Below, one piece after another: positions 13,443 to 60,697 of a DNA stretch of 64,000 nt; within the stretch, counting starts at the first letter, position 1, and every line of letters starts with the position of its first letter. This stretch comes from Tubiluchus corallicola (lineage: Eukaryota > Animalia > Priapulida): assembly GCA_030141605.1 (NCBI GenBank), contig JAQGDQ010000186.1:1-64000 (forward strand), written 5' to 3'. Made by a program: the position numbers and the translations under genes. The notes under the pieces were generated by a model. That model was not told the DNA's origin. It was given only the letters and a program-made list of their open reading frames with translations, and made no database searches.

Positions 13443-14774
13443 AAAATTAATTATTTTACAAAAATTACAGAATAAGCCTGTATTTATGATCCTTTCATAA
13501 ACCACAAACGTTTCATTTTCGCGACTGAACGTGAACTGAAGTGGAGGGTGCTGATTCGAACACAGTTTCAATAATACAAATACGCATATATTGTCTCTGG
13601 CTTTGGACTATAGATGATGCTTTAGTAATGTGTCAGTCCTTTGACAATAGCTTCAATTAAGAGGCACCGTGGAGATTTTATTGAGGAACGTTTTTTTCTT
13701 TTTTAGCTAAACATTGTTTTTTTTCCTAACTGCTCAGTACTCACCTGAGTCATTTTAATACAAAAAGGTTTGAGACCCGGAACTAAACTTGATTAAGTGG
13801 TGCCAAATGGAGGAATTATTTTAGAATTACAACTGTTGGGAGCCGAGTGGACCACTGCGCCAAGTAGACCACTTGATGCGCTAAAAGTAGTGTCCTACAT
13901 GGGCAGCCCAAGTAGGACACTAGCGATAAATGTAGGTGTTAGATGTAGGATTGTTTAGCTGTAGACTTAAATATTAAGTGAGAATATTCCAGTGTTTATG
14001 AACTTTTGTCAAGTTTTACCTTTTGTCAAGTTTTGGTTTATTGTGTTACTACTAATAACTTTTTTGAGTTTTTTGAGTCCCAACCAAAATGTTATTTTGT
14101 AATATTGTTGTAGCTTAGCCTGTTATTTACTTTGCTCGTATTTATTATTGTTTCCATAGTCATATTTATTTTTATTTTGTATTACATTCTGTGAAAGTGC
14201 TTTGCTAATTCAGTCAAATATTTTCCTACTTGAATTGCATAAACATGTTTATAAAAATGCAGCTGATAAATTTTTCTAACATTAATTCCAAATCCTCAGT
14301 GTGGATGAAAAATATTGGTTTGTTATAGCGATGTTGCCCTATGAACAAACTGATATTTTCAAAACAAAACGAAAATTGATTTTGAACTGAAATAGCAATC
14401 ACTGTGTGTATGTATGAGTGGGCATAAACTGATCGCTTCAAAGGCAAGGTAGCCATCAAAAAAAATTTTTGCTGAGCTAATTAAGTCCAACCTCTCGACC
14501 TCCTCGCGGTGCTTCTACCAGCTCAGAATAAAATTCTTTTATTTTATTAGATGTATAATAAATTATTCAACGTGTACTAACGTTTTTAATTATTATTATT
14601 ACATAAACAAGCACAACGGACGCTGTCAGTACACTTAACGACTCAATTCGCGACCTGTCTCTAGTCAGTCTAGTGTCCTACTTGGGCAGCCCAAGTAGAA
14701 CGCGGTCTACTTGGGCTAGCCCAAGTAGACCAATTGGTCTACTTGGCGCAGTGGTTCCCAACAACAACATCATC
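13443..14774. promoter_or_regulatory. Head-to-head (probable bidirectional promoter) region between ANKRD39 and XRCC2
   Basis: Divergent ATGs at 13442 (-) and 14775 (+). The gap would be only ~400 bp without the 930-bp insertion. Promoter function is inferred from geometry only. Confidence 0.6.
13834..14763. mobile_element. Non-autonomous TIR element with TGT...ACA ends and 5-bp TSD (Ginger-like, 930 bp)
   Basis: Left end TGTTGGGA[gccgagtgg]ACCACTGCGCCAAGTAGACCA; right end TGGTCTACTTGGCGCAGTGGTTCCCAACA. Exact ACAAC duplication at 13829-13833 and 14764-14768. Subterminal palindromic CTACTTGGGC(T)AGCCCAAGTAG modules. No coding capacity seen. Confidence 0.85.
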
Positions 14775-17700
14775 ATGGCAGCTTCCGTGAAGGAAGAGAC
14801 AGGAGCTCAAGTAAATGTTTATTCAGCTGCTTCTCAGCTAGTTTAAGTCAAAACGTGCCATTTCTAGCTAAGTGCAGCAATCATCAAAATACGTGCTTCT
14901 GTTACCCCACTTGCCGTTTAGGTGGTTCGCTGTTTCTTGGAAATCTGTTACTTCGATAGTTTTTGCATAATAGGTATACTCTCATGTCAGCGTAATTTTT
15001 TTCGGTTATGTAGTATTTAGCGTGTAATAAATTGCTTTGCCATTGTACATTGTATGTATTTGTACAAATGAAACTAAATTGAATGAATTGTTTATTGCGG
15101 TACGCGGTAAAAATGGCACGGGGAAATAGCACACGTAAAAATGGCACAGTAGGAAAGGTTGCAGTAAGTCTTTTTACAGCTTTGTCGTGCGCATGTGCAG
15201 CTGCTGCAGGTCGAAGATTAAGTGTACTACAGCAACTTGTCTTAACTACTACAGTCATGCATGTAAAGTATGTATGTATGTATGTATGTAAAGCAAAATT
15301 AGTTTGCTGCTTCAGTTCAATAACCAGTTTTTTTACGTGAACTTAATTATGCATTACTGCCATTAGTCTGCGCGTAGAAAGATTTAATAGCAGCATCTTG
15401 CTTTGGGAACAAGAAAAAATGAACTAGGTGGGGTCCTAGCTAGTTGTTCAAACTGTCACTACAATAGCATGGGGTGCGAGCCGTTGTCAAGTGTACACAA
15501 TTGCGTTGTCTGGTACATTTAACCTTTAACCCTTTCACGATCATCATCAATCACTGGAACTGTAAAAAGGCTTATTGATTTCTAGGCCCATAGGGCTATA
15601 CGCATCAATAAACAAAGTTTATATATAGACAGCGTTACACAGTTTTAAAAGTGAGAAAATGGAACTCGTAGTTGTGTGTCATGGTGGAGATAGTAAAAAA
15701 GAACGCTTCACGACTATTTTTTTTGTACGTGATATTCGGTCTGTTTTGCGTAGCAAGAACCGGCAAAAAGATTCTCATTTTTTGCATAATAGGTATACTG
15801 TCATAACAGCAAAATGCAACCAAAGAAACAGAAAAACAAACAAACAAACTGTGTTGAAGCATAATTTCCCCGACAGAGGTAAAAATTACTAAAATAATTA
15901 TCTCCACTGTAACCCTAACCCTAAGCACATCTTTTACTAAGTGTGCTATTTTTAACTAGCTTTCCATTTGTACCATGCCATATTTTCCTGTGCCATTTGC
16001 CTACTTTTCTATTTGTGCCATTTTTCCCTGTGCCATTTTACCCATTTTTTCCTGTGCCACTTTTTTATATTCACCTATTGCATATATATGCAATATGTAT
16101 ACATATATAAAGCATAAAACACACGTGTTTTAAAAATAGTTTTAGATATATATATATATATATATGTTCAGTGGCTGCACAGCTACAACACTATCTTTAC
16201 TTCTCTATTCATAACATAAACAACAAATTTTATGTATATATGTAGTATATATGACCAATAAAGATGTCTATAATGTCTACACATGGCTACGTATCGCAAC
16301 ACGTCTACAACTTCTATGGAATTCTTATCTTTCCTTAACCATAACTGATAATAAATGTTCAAACCCAATGAATTGTTTTTATATAGGAAAATATTATAAC
16401 TGTATAAGGTAGCAAATAAAAAAATTCAACTGTGTCAATCGATGCAGAATTTATTCTGTTGTATTAATGCAAAGTTTCATTTTCAATTGCGAATTGGTGA
16501 TGCTTCAGACTGTGTTTTGAAAGATAGCGCTGATAGAGGATGCTTTCTGGAAACTCGAAAATGAGGTAAAACACCCAATCTTTATTCGTTTTCGCGACAC
16601 TGACGCCAACTTTTAAAAAATGTATTTTCTTTAAATATGAGGTAACTCGTTATTTTCTTTACATTAGTGTGCAGGTAATTGATGCATCTTTCTATTGGAG
16701 CACTGGTTTCACAATATTTTTGAATTCGACAATTTGGGAAAAAAGAACCACCTAAACTGCAAGCTATTCAAAACAGCGATTACCGCTAGTTTATTGTATT
16801 ATTGTGAGTTTATGTCATTTTGTATGAGAACAGATTGGGGTATCACCCAGCAGCAGTTCATATAAATTTCTTTAATTCGAGGGCGGCACCTCTGAATCTC
16901 CTGTAGTTGATTAACTAGACTGATGTACTGTGGTGACTTTGACTGCTGCATATTAGAGCTTTGGCAATAACTTGTTTTAGCAATATCAGTGTTTTGTGCA
17001 ATAACTTTAAATGACCTTGACAGGATAGCCCATTTATAATCAAACTTGTTACTAAGCTTGCTGACGTTTCAAGCCTCGTTGCTTATTCCATAATATCAGG
17101 CTGTTTCAAATCATTTTACCCATATCTTTCACATCAGCTGGCTGATTAATTTGGACCTACAAAATTTATACCTCAAATTGTATTTTGGTCTTAGGTGAAG
17201 TACAGAACACTTAGCTGGTTTTGGTATGAGTAGTGCATCATTTTACTGTCTGATAGGCAAAAGTTTGAAGATCGGATCTCTGTGCATGTATCGCCTTGTA
17301 CATTTTTACATCATCTACATATAGTACTTATTGACTTTCCACTGTTAGGAAGGTCATCAACATAGATTAGGAAGTTATCTTATTGATAATGTTACCGGTT
17401 GTGTTTGCGTTAATATAGGACAGAATGTAGGAATTAGGCAGCTCATCTTCGTTGGAGGATCATCTCGATGATGCTAGTGGTCTAAAATTAAAGGTTTTAT
17501 TATAATTGAGCAGTTTTGTTGTCAAGCTCATTTAGACCTGGGCACAATAGTAACCTTGTCCACGATACACCTGATTTAGTGTTATGCAGGCTTTATAAAG
17601 AAACTTGGTGAAGCTGTTGATAGTAAATGTTAAACATATTTATCAGTTAACAGTTTTAGGATTGCTAATTGCTAAAACAATATAACGAACTGTTTAATTT

Positions 17701-20318
17701 TTATTTATTACTTGTGTAATCTGTAGGCTATTGTTTGCATTGTAAGCCACCAGAAAAGCAAAACATATCAATATCATGGATTTAAAAGTTGCTTATGCAT
17801 TTTCTGGTTCACATTTGTCATGTCACAAGTTTATATGCATGCAACGTAATTAGCCTACTACAGATTAAACATCTTGCATTTTCAACCACTTTGTCTGCTA
17901 GAAATGCCGGTATCAAAATCAACAACTACTCGCTGTGCTGATTCAGAGGTATCTACAGTAGCTGCAGTTTAAATCATTTCAAATCAGCATACGGTCAGAT
18001 TATCCCGATACAGATGTACTTCGGTGATACACTTAAAAGATATCACGATGCATTGATGTATCGTTATAGGCCTAATATTTAGTTGCCTAATAAGCTGTTT
18101 GTCACATGAATGTAGTGTAACAACAACAGTAAAAAAGCCCCACTAATTAAGGTTGTAGAGTAATCGCCTTGATCCATCTGCATGTCTGGCTGTAGAATGA
18201 GAAGTCTTGCTCAAGTGCTGAAGCCTATGGGCTGGTGGGGCTAAAAGTTTACAAGTAAGGTAGGTTTGGCCTCTTACCTGGAAATTAAATTTTGCTGCGT
18301 AAATGACCTGGCTAGAAGTCAAAAGTTGCTTTTTTCAGAAAATGTTCGATGTCTTCAAAATGGTGAAAGTTGTGTATGGCATGTATTTTGTGCAGATCTA
18401 TACAACATAAAGCATACTGTCGTGCATACAATATCAATGATGGCATATTTCATTTCCCTTTAGGATATTTCAAGGTCAAACCATCAAACTCAAGTGTCCC
18501 AAATTTTGAATGCTGCACAATAAAGCATCAAACTAGTACAAGTCGAATTTTGGTTATTAGTACATATGAAGCTTTCCACTTATGATCAAATGCAAAATCC
18601 TGATTTCTCTACATGAATTATCACTACATTACACTGATGTGTTATTTAAAAAAAAACACAGTGGTACTTTCCATTGGTATATTATACTGACAAATAAGAA
18701 TGAGATCTTGGCTGATTTTTAAGGTTGCTTCACAAGATTTGTTTAACCAACAAAACATGAACAGTAAGGTCAAGGCACCTATGTTTAATGAGTTAGAAAC
18801 TTAAAAAAAACAATATTGATTCACTGCATTCATGAATTATACCTTTGTACTGACAATCTCCCTAGTTCTTTCTTTGTCTTAACCACAAATGCCTCTAACT
18901 TGATAAGCTTCTTTTAAACTGATAATGATTGCTTATTATTATTTTTTTGGTTTAGTTATTTGCCAGATTAGGACACCGACCACCCCTAGCTGACATCGCT
19001 TTACCTCTCTTTCCAGGATTGGACTACGGTCAAGTGAATGAGTTGTATGGGGAGGAGGGCACAGGGAAAACAGAAATTTTGTGTCATATAATTGGTAAAA
19101 ATAATTACTCTTGAAATAAAAATTAGTTAATTACAGATGGGAGGAGATTGTATTCAATATGTAATTTCCTGCACTCAGTGCAAGAAAGAAAATTTTTGTC
19201 CACTGATGGTGATAAAGCTCTCCAACTTTTGCACTTTAGAGCTACAGAAGAAACATAAAGGCTCCCTATCCAGTCTAAGTGAAATTTGGATTTGTGTTGG
19301 ATTGTTCGTGGATCTGGTACACCCATAATAATACTAGTTATATTCAAACATTTTATATAATGATAAACTTTGTCGAGTGTAATGTGTGTGATGTCTTAGG
19401 CAAGTAGCTAGAACTTCTACAATAGGAAATATCCATCACTTGCAATAAAATTGACTTCCTTTTCAACTTTCGAAATTGTGTAATGTTTTTAGTGAACTAA
19501 GTGGTAACTGCAAAACAGTGTAACTACAGCTAACAAATTTACAAGAATTGATAGCATGTTGATTTTTTTGCTGTTGTTTTTGTATAGTGCGAGCTATCCT
19601 ACCAAGGAAATGGAAAAACTTGGCTTTGTCTGGACTACAGTCAGGAGTGATTTACCTTGACACTGATTATCATTTTTGCATGTTGCGTTTGGTTAGTCTA
19701 TTGGAAAGGTACATTAAGAACAAATATGAAGTACATAACAACACTCAGCCTACAACTCTTAGTGAAAAAGAGACAGAGGACATCATAAAACAAAGTCTGA
19801 AACGCTTGTTTGTGGCCCGGTGTAATAGTACAACAATTCTAGTAGCAACTTTACACCACATCACTTCATTACTAAATGCTCAATGCAATGTTAGTTTAGT
19901 AATGATAGACAGCATATCAGCTTTCTATTGGATAGATCGGTATAAAGCTTCAGAAAATGTCTCCAGTGTTTTTGCCACTTATAGCAAAGTGATTTGTGCC
20001 ATGAGTTTTCTTATTAACACCTATAATCTTACTTTCTTTGTAACTAAACAAGCAATGATGCACAAACGACAGAAAGATGCAAATGCTTTAAAATCTGGTG
20101 ATAGTGATGCCCATTTTGCCCTGGGCAGTAATGGTGGACGTGTTCCTGATTTTTTTGAGTACATAGGCCATAAGTGGGAGGCATTTGTTACGAAAAAACT
20201 GGTTTTGTACAAGACAAACAATGAAGAAAACAGCCAACAACTGATCACAATCCTGAATTCAGAAAACTCTGTGGTGAACAAGTTAATTATCACCGGAGAT
20301 GGAATTCAGTTTTTGTGA
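14775..20318 (+). CDS. XRCC2: DNA repair protein XRCC2, RAD51 paralogue (301 aa, 3 exons)
   Basis: Exons 14775-14810, 18956-19094, 19588-20318 (906 nt, phases match). N-terminus ETGAQ|LFARL, Walker A GEEGTGKT, ILP..W, YLDTDYHFCMLRLV..LE, Walker B LVMIDSISAFYWIDR and C-terminal I...GIQF are all characteristic of XRCC2. Confidence 0.95.
15099..16075. mobile_element. Foldback-type non-autonomous element with tandem subterminal AAAATGGCAC repeats, in XRCC2 intron 1
   Basis: Left arm has repeated aaaatggcac (15107-15160). Right arm has repeated gtgccatttt (15940-16065). Ends GGT...ACC are flanked by an identical TATTGC (15093-15098, 16076-16081). Internal taaccctaaccctaa near 15910. Confidence 0.7.
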
Positions 20319-22620
20319 GCAAAGCGAATGGCAAATGTAAGAAGGCACATCACAGCTGTGTACTATTGCTTCACGTATTTCATCAAAAATTATGTTTTTT
20401 TAAGTGCATCAACATTATAGAAAGAATATTGTAAACATTTTGCTCATACAGCTGCAGTACAGTGTATTTTTACATGCGGATTTACAGTATTGTAATGATG
20501 TCATACTCGTAATAATACAACCTAGTAGGTATAGTCCACAACCTCATCAGTTTTAACAAACATGCAAATATGCAAATGGGGCACAACAACTATAATATAC
20601 CATGTTTGCTTAAAAATGCATTACTTATTGGTCATCAAAAATCTTTTCATGTGTGACATCGCATAAATTGTGGCAAATACAGAAACATTACACTGACTAG
20701 CTTATTTACATTGCCATAAACAACTATTGGACAATTAACTCTAGTCCACAAAATGTTCAAGCTATAGTCACAGCTGTTGTTAAAAGTAAACAAGTTTACA
20801 ATTAGATATGCACACAACAATAAATATGCATAACCAATAGTTCAATTTATAGTAAGCTGACAATTCGTGTATGTAATATATATACATTTTTCTACAGCTG
20901 ATTGCTTAACAACAAACATTACTACAGTATAGTTTTTGAAGTAGCTAAGATTACTACTCTAACTGTTTTTCTTTATATACTTCTGGTGTTGGCATCTGTT
21001 GGTTCGTTCCATAACACTGAAACAAAATCATTTTCATACAGTGATGTCTCTTTGAGCTTTATTATGCAAATTAATTTGGTTTTGGGAACCATTTTTGTGC
21101 AGAAGAATTTGCTGCATCTCTTCAGAAACCTAATACGTAGTATTAAAAAATTAATTACATGATATTAGATTTTCTTATTCGTGCTATGTTTAAACTATGA
21201 AAGCACGCTATGGCAGCATTTCCACTCAGCCAACCCAAGTATGTACGTACACAGAAATTTCTGACTGCACGTTTTACACCTGCAAAAATTGTTTCCATTC
21301 GGACCGGACTCGTTCCTTAAAAATGTCATAAATGCGGCGAAATTCGGAACTTTTTAGGAGAAAGAATCATTTTATTTTTGCTAAAGGAAAGCGTAAATAA
21401 GCAATGTAGCAAGTGGCAACATCGTCTTTAGTTTCAAAAACTGAATATCTAGGCGATTATCATCACATTGCAACAATGGATGAAGAAAAGTACCTAACTA
21501 TGAATGCAGCTTGCAACTTTTCAAATTTTGTTTTCCATTTGTTATATTCACATTGTTGTGTTCACTGAAAGAAAAAAGTAGAGTTTGGTATCAATATTTT
21601 GGTATCAATTTATTTTATTTTAAATAATTTTTATTTGTTGTAACTGCACAATTATGCAATGCAATATTGAGAGAATGCAATATACATATGCAAAAGTAAT
21701 AAATCAACAGGATAACGTCAAAATTCCCTGACGAGCATATCTTAACTGTTTACTATGAATTAAAAAAGTGCCTTGAACGAAGAATTTCAAAACCATCTTA
21801 TATTTACAGAAATTTTAAGTAACAGTAAAATTAACAACAGACTACTTATTCTTCCTTCATTACTGACCTCAAAAGCTATTTCAAACTACAGCTGTCTTTG
21901 AAGTCCCTGTGATTACATTAAGGTCACTCCTTTCCTAGAAGGAAAGTCAAATTCTACTGGGTATATGCTTTATTACGAAAATGTACTTGTCCACAGAAAA
22001 AGGTTTGGCAATTAAAGTGCATTATCATTCATGTTCATGGCTTTCCGTGAGGATACAGTGGAAACGACAAATGCAAAAAAGAATTGTTTACAAAAGCTGT
22101 TGCGTAATTTTTTTTCCATTAGAGTCACACAGAAAAATTCCGTGTCTGTATGGGTGTGTGTGGTTACAATGGAAATGTGGCCTATAGAAGCAAGATTTGT
22201 GTTCTTGTTTATTGACGTATAGTACACCTTTTATAATATAAGCTGTTGCGATTCTGGGCTTCTTATAGGTGTATAACTAGCTGCTTTGATATTGTTTATT
22301 CAACACACAGTCGGTACTGGTGTCACTTCAGTGAGACTTAATACATTTAGCACAAGAGAAAACATTTTCAAATAACCGCAGCAGGTTGTAAGAAACTTAA
22401 AAAATCAACAAAAATGTGATAACAAAACAAATTTATTATTGAACTAGAATTATGGCAGTGCCATAATTATGATTTAGAAGGAATTTACAATTATGATTTG
22501 GAAACAAATTGTTCAGAGTTAATATTACAACTGAATGCAAACGTAATTGACTCATACAGTCTGGCATCAGAATTAACTCTACAGATATTTATAGGCTTGT
22601 ATATGCATTTATATATACAT

Positions 22621-22757
22621 CCATTTTTGTCAATTGTTTTTCTAATTTGCATTTTTGCTGCACTTGTGTTAGACATCCTATAACAAACTCGAAGGTTAAA
22701 AACTTATAAGATATTGAATGCATTTCTATTAAATGCTAAAGTCTTTGTTAAAAATTT
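22621..22757 (+). repeat. ~135-bp dispersed direct repeat; partner at ~24845-24981
   Basis: Both copies share ccatttttgt-aattgttt...tgtgttagacatcctat-acaaactcgaaggttaaaaacttata-gata-tgaatgcatttcta with scattered substitutions. Confidence 0.85.
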
Positions 22758-23316
22758 AATAAATCTTTATAAAGATGTGTATAATATATACGTATTTATT
22801 AATCAGTATCACTCCTATTAAGTAATCTTTGCCACTAAATACTTGTAGAGTGCCAGACTGTATGCAAAAAAGTACAAAAGTAATAAATGCTGTTCAATGG
22901 CGAAACAAGACCTCGTGATGTCCTAGGCTGCTAGATCTGTCCCGCCCATCTGTATTGTGAATTTATGACTGATTATCTACTGAACAGATTAAACAATTAC
23001 TTGTGGTGTGTTAGTAATACTATTAACACAGTTTCTAAATAGTCATTGTTAATTACGTGTATATGAACTGCGCCTATATACAAGCAGGCAGGGCAACTGC
23101 TTGTTGTATACTACTTTGTACTTGTTCGTTATATGGCACTTATATTGCAATTGGTCTCAGTAATTGCCTGTGGTGTGTTATACAATGCTTATTTTACATG
23201 AATATGAATGGATACACATTTTCCGAAGGGAATAAGAATTTTTTTAAAATTGGGTGCTTAAAATGTGGCGCCCCAGGCCATAGCTTAGTTAGCCTATCGG
23301 TTAATACGCTAATTGA

Positions 23317-24017
23317 CAGAGATGGGCGTTTATCTCTTTCTTGTTTATCCGCAACTGCAAAATCTGGAACTGTACATATCCCCATGCGCTGAATCCACAA
23401 ATTTAAGTGAAAATTCAATATCTACATATCTGCTTTATCCGCAGAAGTGAAGGCAACACTTCGTATGTGTGCCCTATAACCATTTTTTGCGGGAAGCTTG
23501 AAGTTATAATCGCGAATCGATAATAAATTACCAGCCAGACCCTAATTTGCTTGTAAAACCCTCAATGACAACTCACACCGCACGATGTACATATTACATA
23601 ATTCAACCATATCATGCCCATCCCATCACACCACAAACCACAGTAGGCTCGAGTAAAAACTTGTAATATTAGTAACTATAAGCAATATTTTGCATGTAAG
23701 AATTTCCAGGTAAAATAATGGGAAGCTGCAAAAAAGCAAGAGGTGGTGAGAATATTAAATTAAAGTAGTGATGAAAGGCGTATAATGTGGCAACAGACCT
23801 TTTCATGTGCAAGGGAATGCTTAACGAACTGGAATTGGGCAAACTTTTTGTCCAAACACTTGAAAATTTACCTTAAATAAGTGACTTTCGCATGCTACAA
23901 TTTTGCGTAAAATCTGCGATTTTAACTATTAAAAATCCGCAGTCTGTATATCCGCACATAATTCACTATCTGCAAAATTAGTACCTTAACCACAAATCCG
24001 CTATCCGCCTGTCTCTG
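23317..24017. mobile_element. Degenerate hAT-like MITE with repeated ATCCGC subterminal motifs
   Basis: Imperfect inverted ends CAGAGATGGGCG / CGCCTGTCTCTG, with multiple atccgc/atctg motifs near both ends. No convincing TSD. Confidence 0.4.
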
Positions 24018-24270
24018 ACCCTTGATTGCCATTGCAGATGTTGCTTTTGTCACCATTGCCATTTCTGACGATGACAGTAAGATTGCCCCTATAATGATGA
24101 TGAAGTCATTCAATTTTGGACTTTCGTAGCTTCAGACCAGTTTTTAAAGGTTGGGTAATGAAAGAAACTTGGCAGCCATTTGAAGTATAAAGTGAATTGC
24201 TTATCATGGGGTCTTATTGATTTTCATTCCAAAAGACTGCAGGACTTTGGTTGCTTAATATATTTTGCTG

Positions 24271-59571
<35,301 letters not shown>

Positions 59572-60697
59572 TCTCAGTTGCAACTTTGCAAGCATAAAAT
59601 ATATATATGTGCTTGAACCTCTACGAATATTGCTTGCAAAACAGCAATATTATAAGTATTAACCAAGTCTCATGACAACACTCATTAAAAGTTAAACGAT
59701 CCTCTGTTCGTGTTTTCGTCATTCAATATGGACAAAATTACAATGTCTCGTTTAGTCAATATCACTAATCACACACGGCATGTACTAAGTGGAACCCCAC
59801 ACCAAGTACTGACTGATAAGACAGAGTCACAAACATGATAAATGCATATCCTTGCTAGTATCTTGCTTGTACACCTGTCTTTTCTCAGAGGTATTCTCAA
59901 AAGATTTGGACAAGCATATCTGGAAATATTTAACTAATGCATAGCTTAAACGTTTTACATTTTCTTTTTATACAGTATGAAAAACAGCTATAAAGTCTTA
60001 AATACTTAGCTCCATATAGCAGAATGCAGTAAATACCAGAAAGAGTCGAAATAACTGCTTTATTAAAAATCAATATTCATGCATAATTGTATGCTTCATT
60101 ATCCAAAAAAGCAAATGACATGTATCTCTAGAATTTAGACATAAAATGTTTAATAAAAAAATGTAGAGCATATTTTTAGTATAAAATTATATTACGACAC
60201 ATTTTCTTAGTTCCAATAACAAATAACAAATTTAAAATTGCTTTGAACATAAACCGTTTGTATATTTATAACCAAATTCATCTACGTTTGTAAAAGCATC
60301 AGACTGACTTTACACTGCACATTTTCTATTTATTATTATTATGATTCTTATATTTCAAAAACTATATACAATACGAAGTCCCTCTATTTGCATTTTGTAC
60401 AGCAAATACAGAAACACTATAGGATTTTATAAAAATTATTTTATTGGAACTAAACCTTTTACCATTAATTATAATTTATCTTATCTAAATAAATATCATA
60501 TACAATTGCATTTAAATTTAAACAGCTACTAATCTTAGTCAAATGATCTGAATGTTTTCATTCCAATACACGCTGTACAAAAATATAGCTGTAATTAGGA
60601 AAGCTGGTTAACTAACTTACAAAAGGGCTATCTTTCATATGCATATCACAATTTTATTGTGTTGATTATATAGTAAACAATATCAAAATTGAACACT

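Noticed and set aside
13834-14763. Solo LTR interpretation (TG...CA ends, 5-bp TSD)
   Set aside because: The long, modular terminal inverted repeats fit a TIR element better. Not fully excluded without other copies.
15910-15924. TAACCCTAACCCTAA as an interstitial telomere
   Set aside because: Only ~2.5 units, lying inside a foldback element.
20021-20293. Antisense ORFs over XRCC2, sca-like and Rab-GAP exons (e.g. 20021-20293, 25879-26199, 38772-39566)
   Set aside because: Shadow frames of real exons with no independent evidence.
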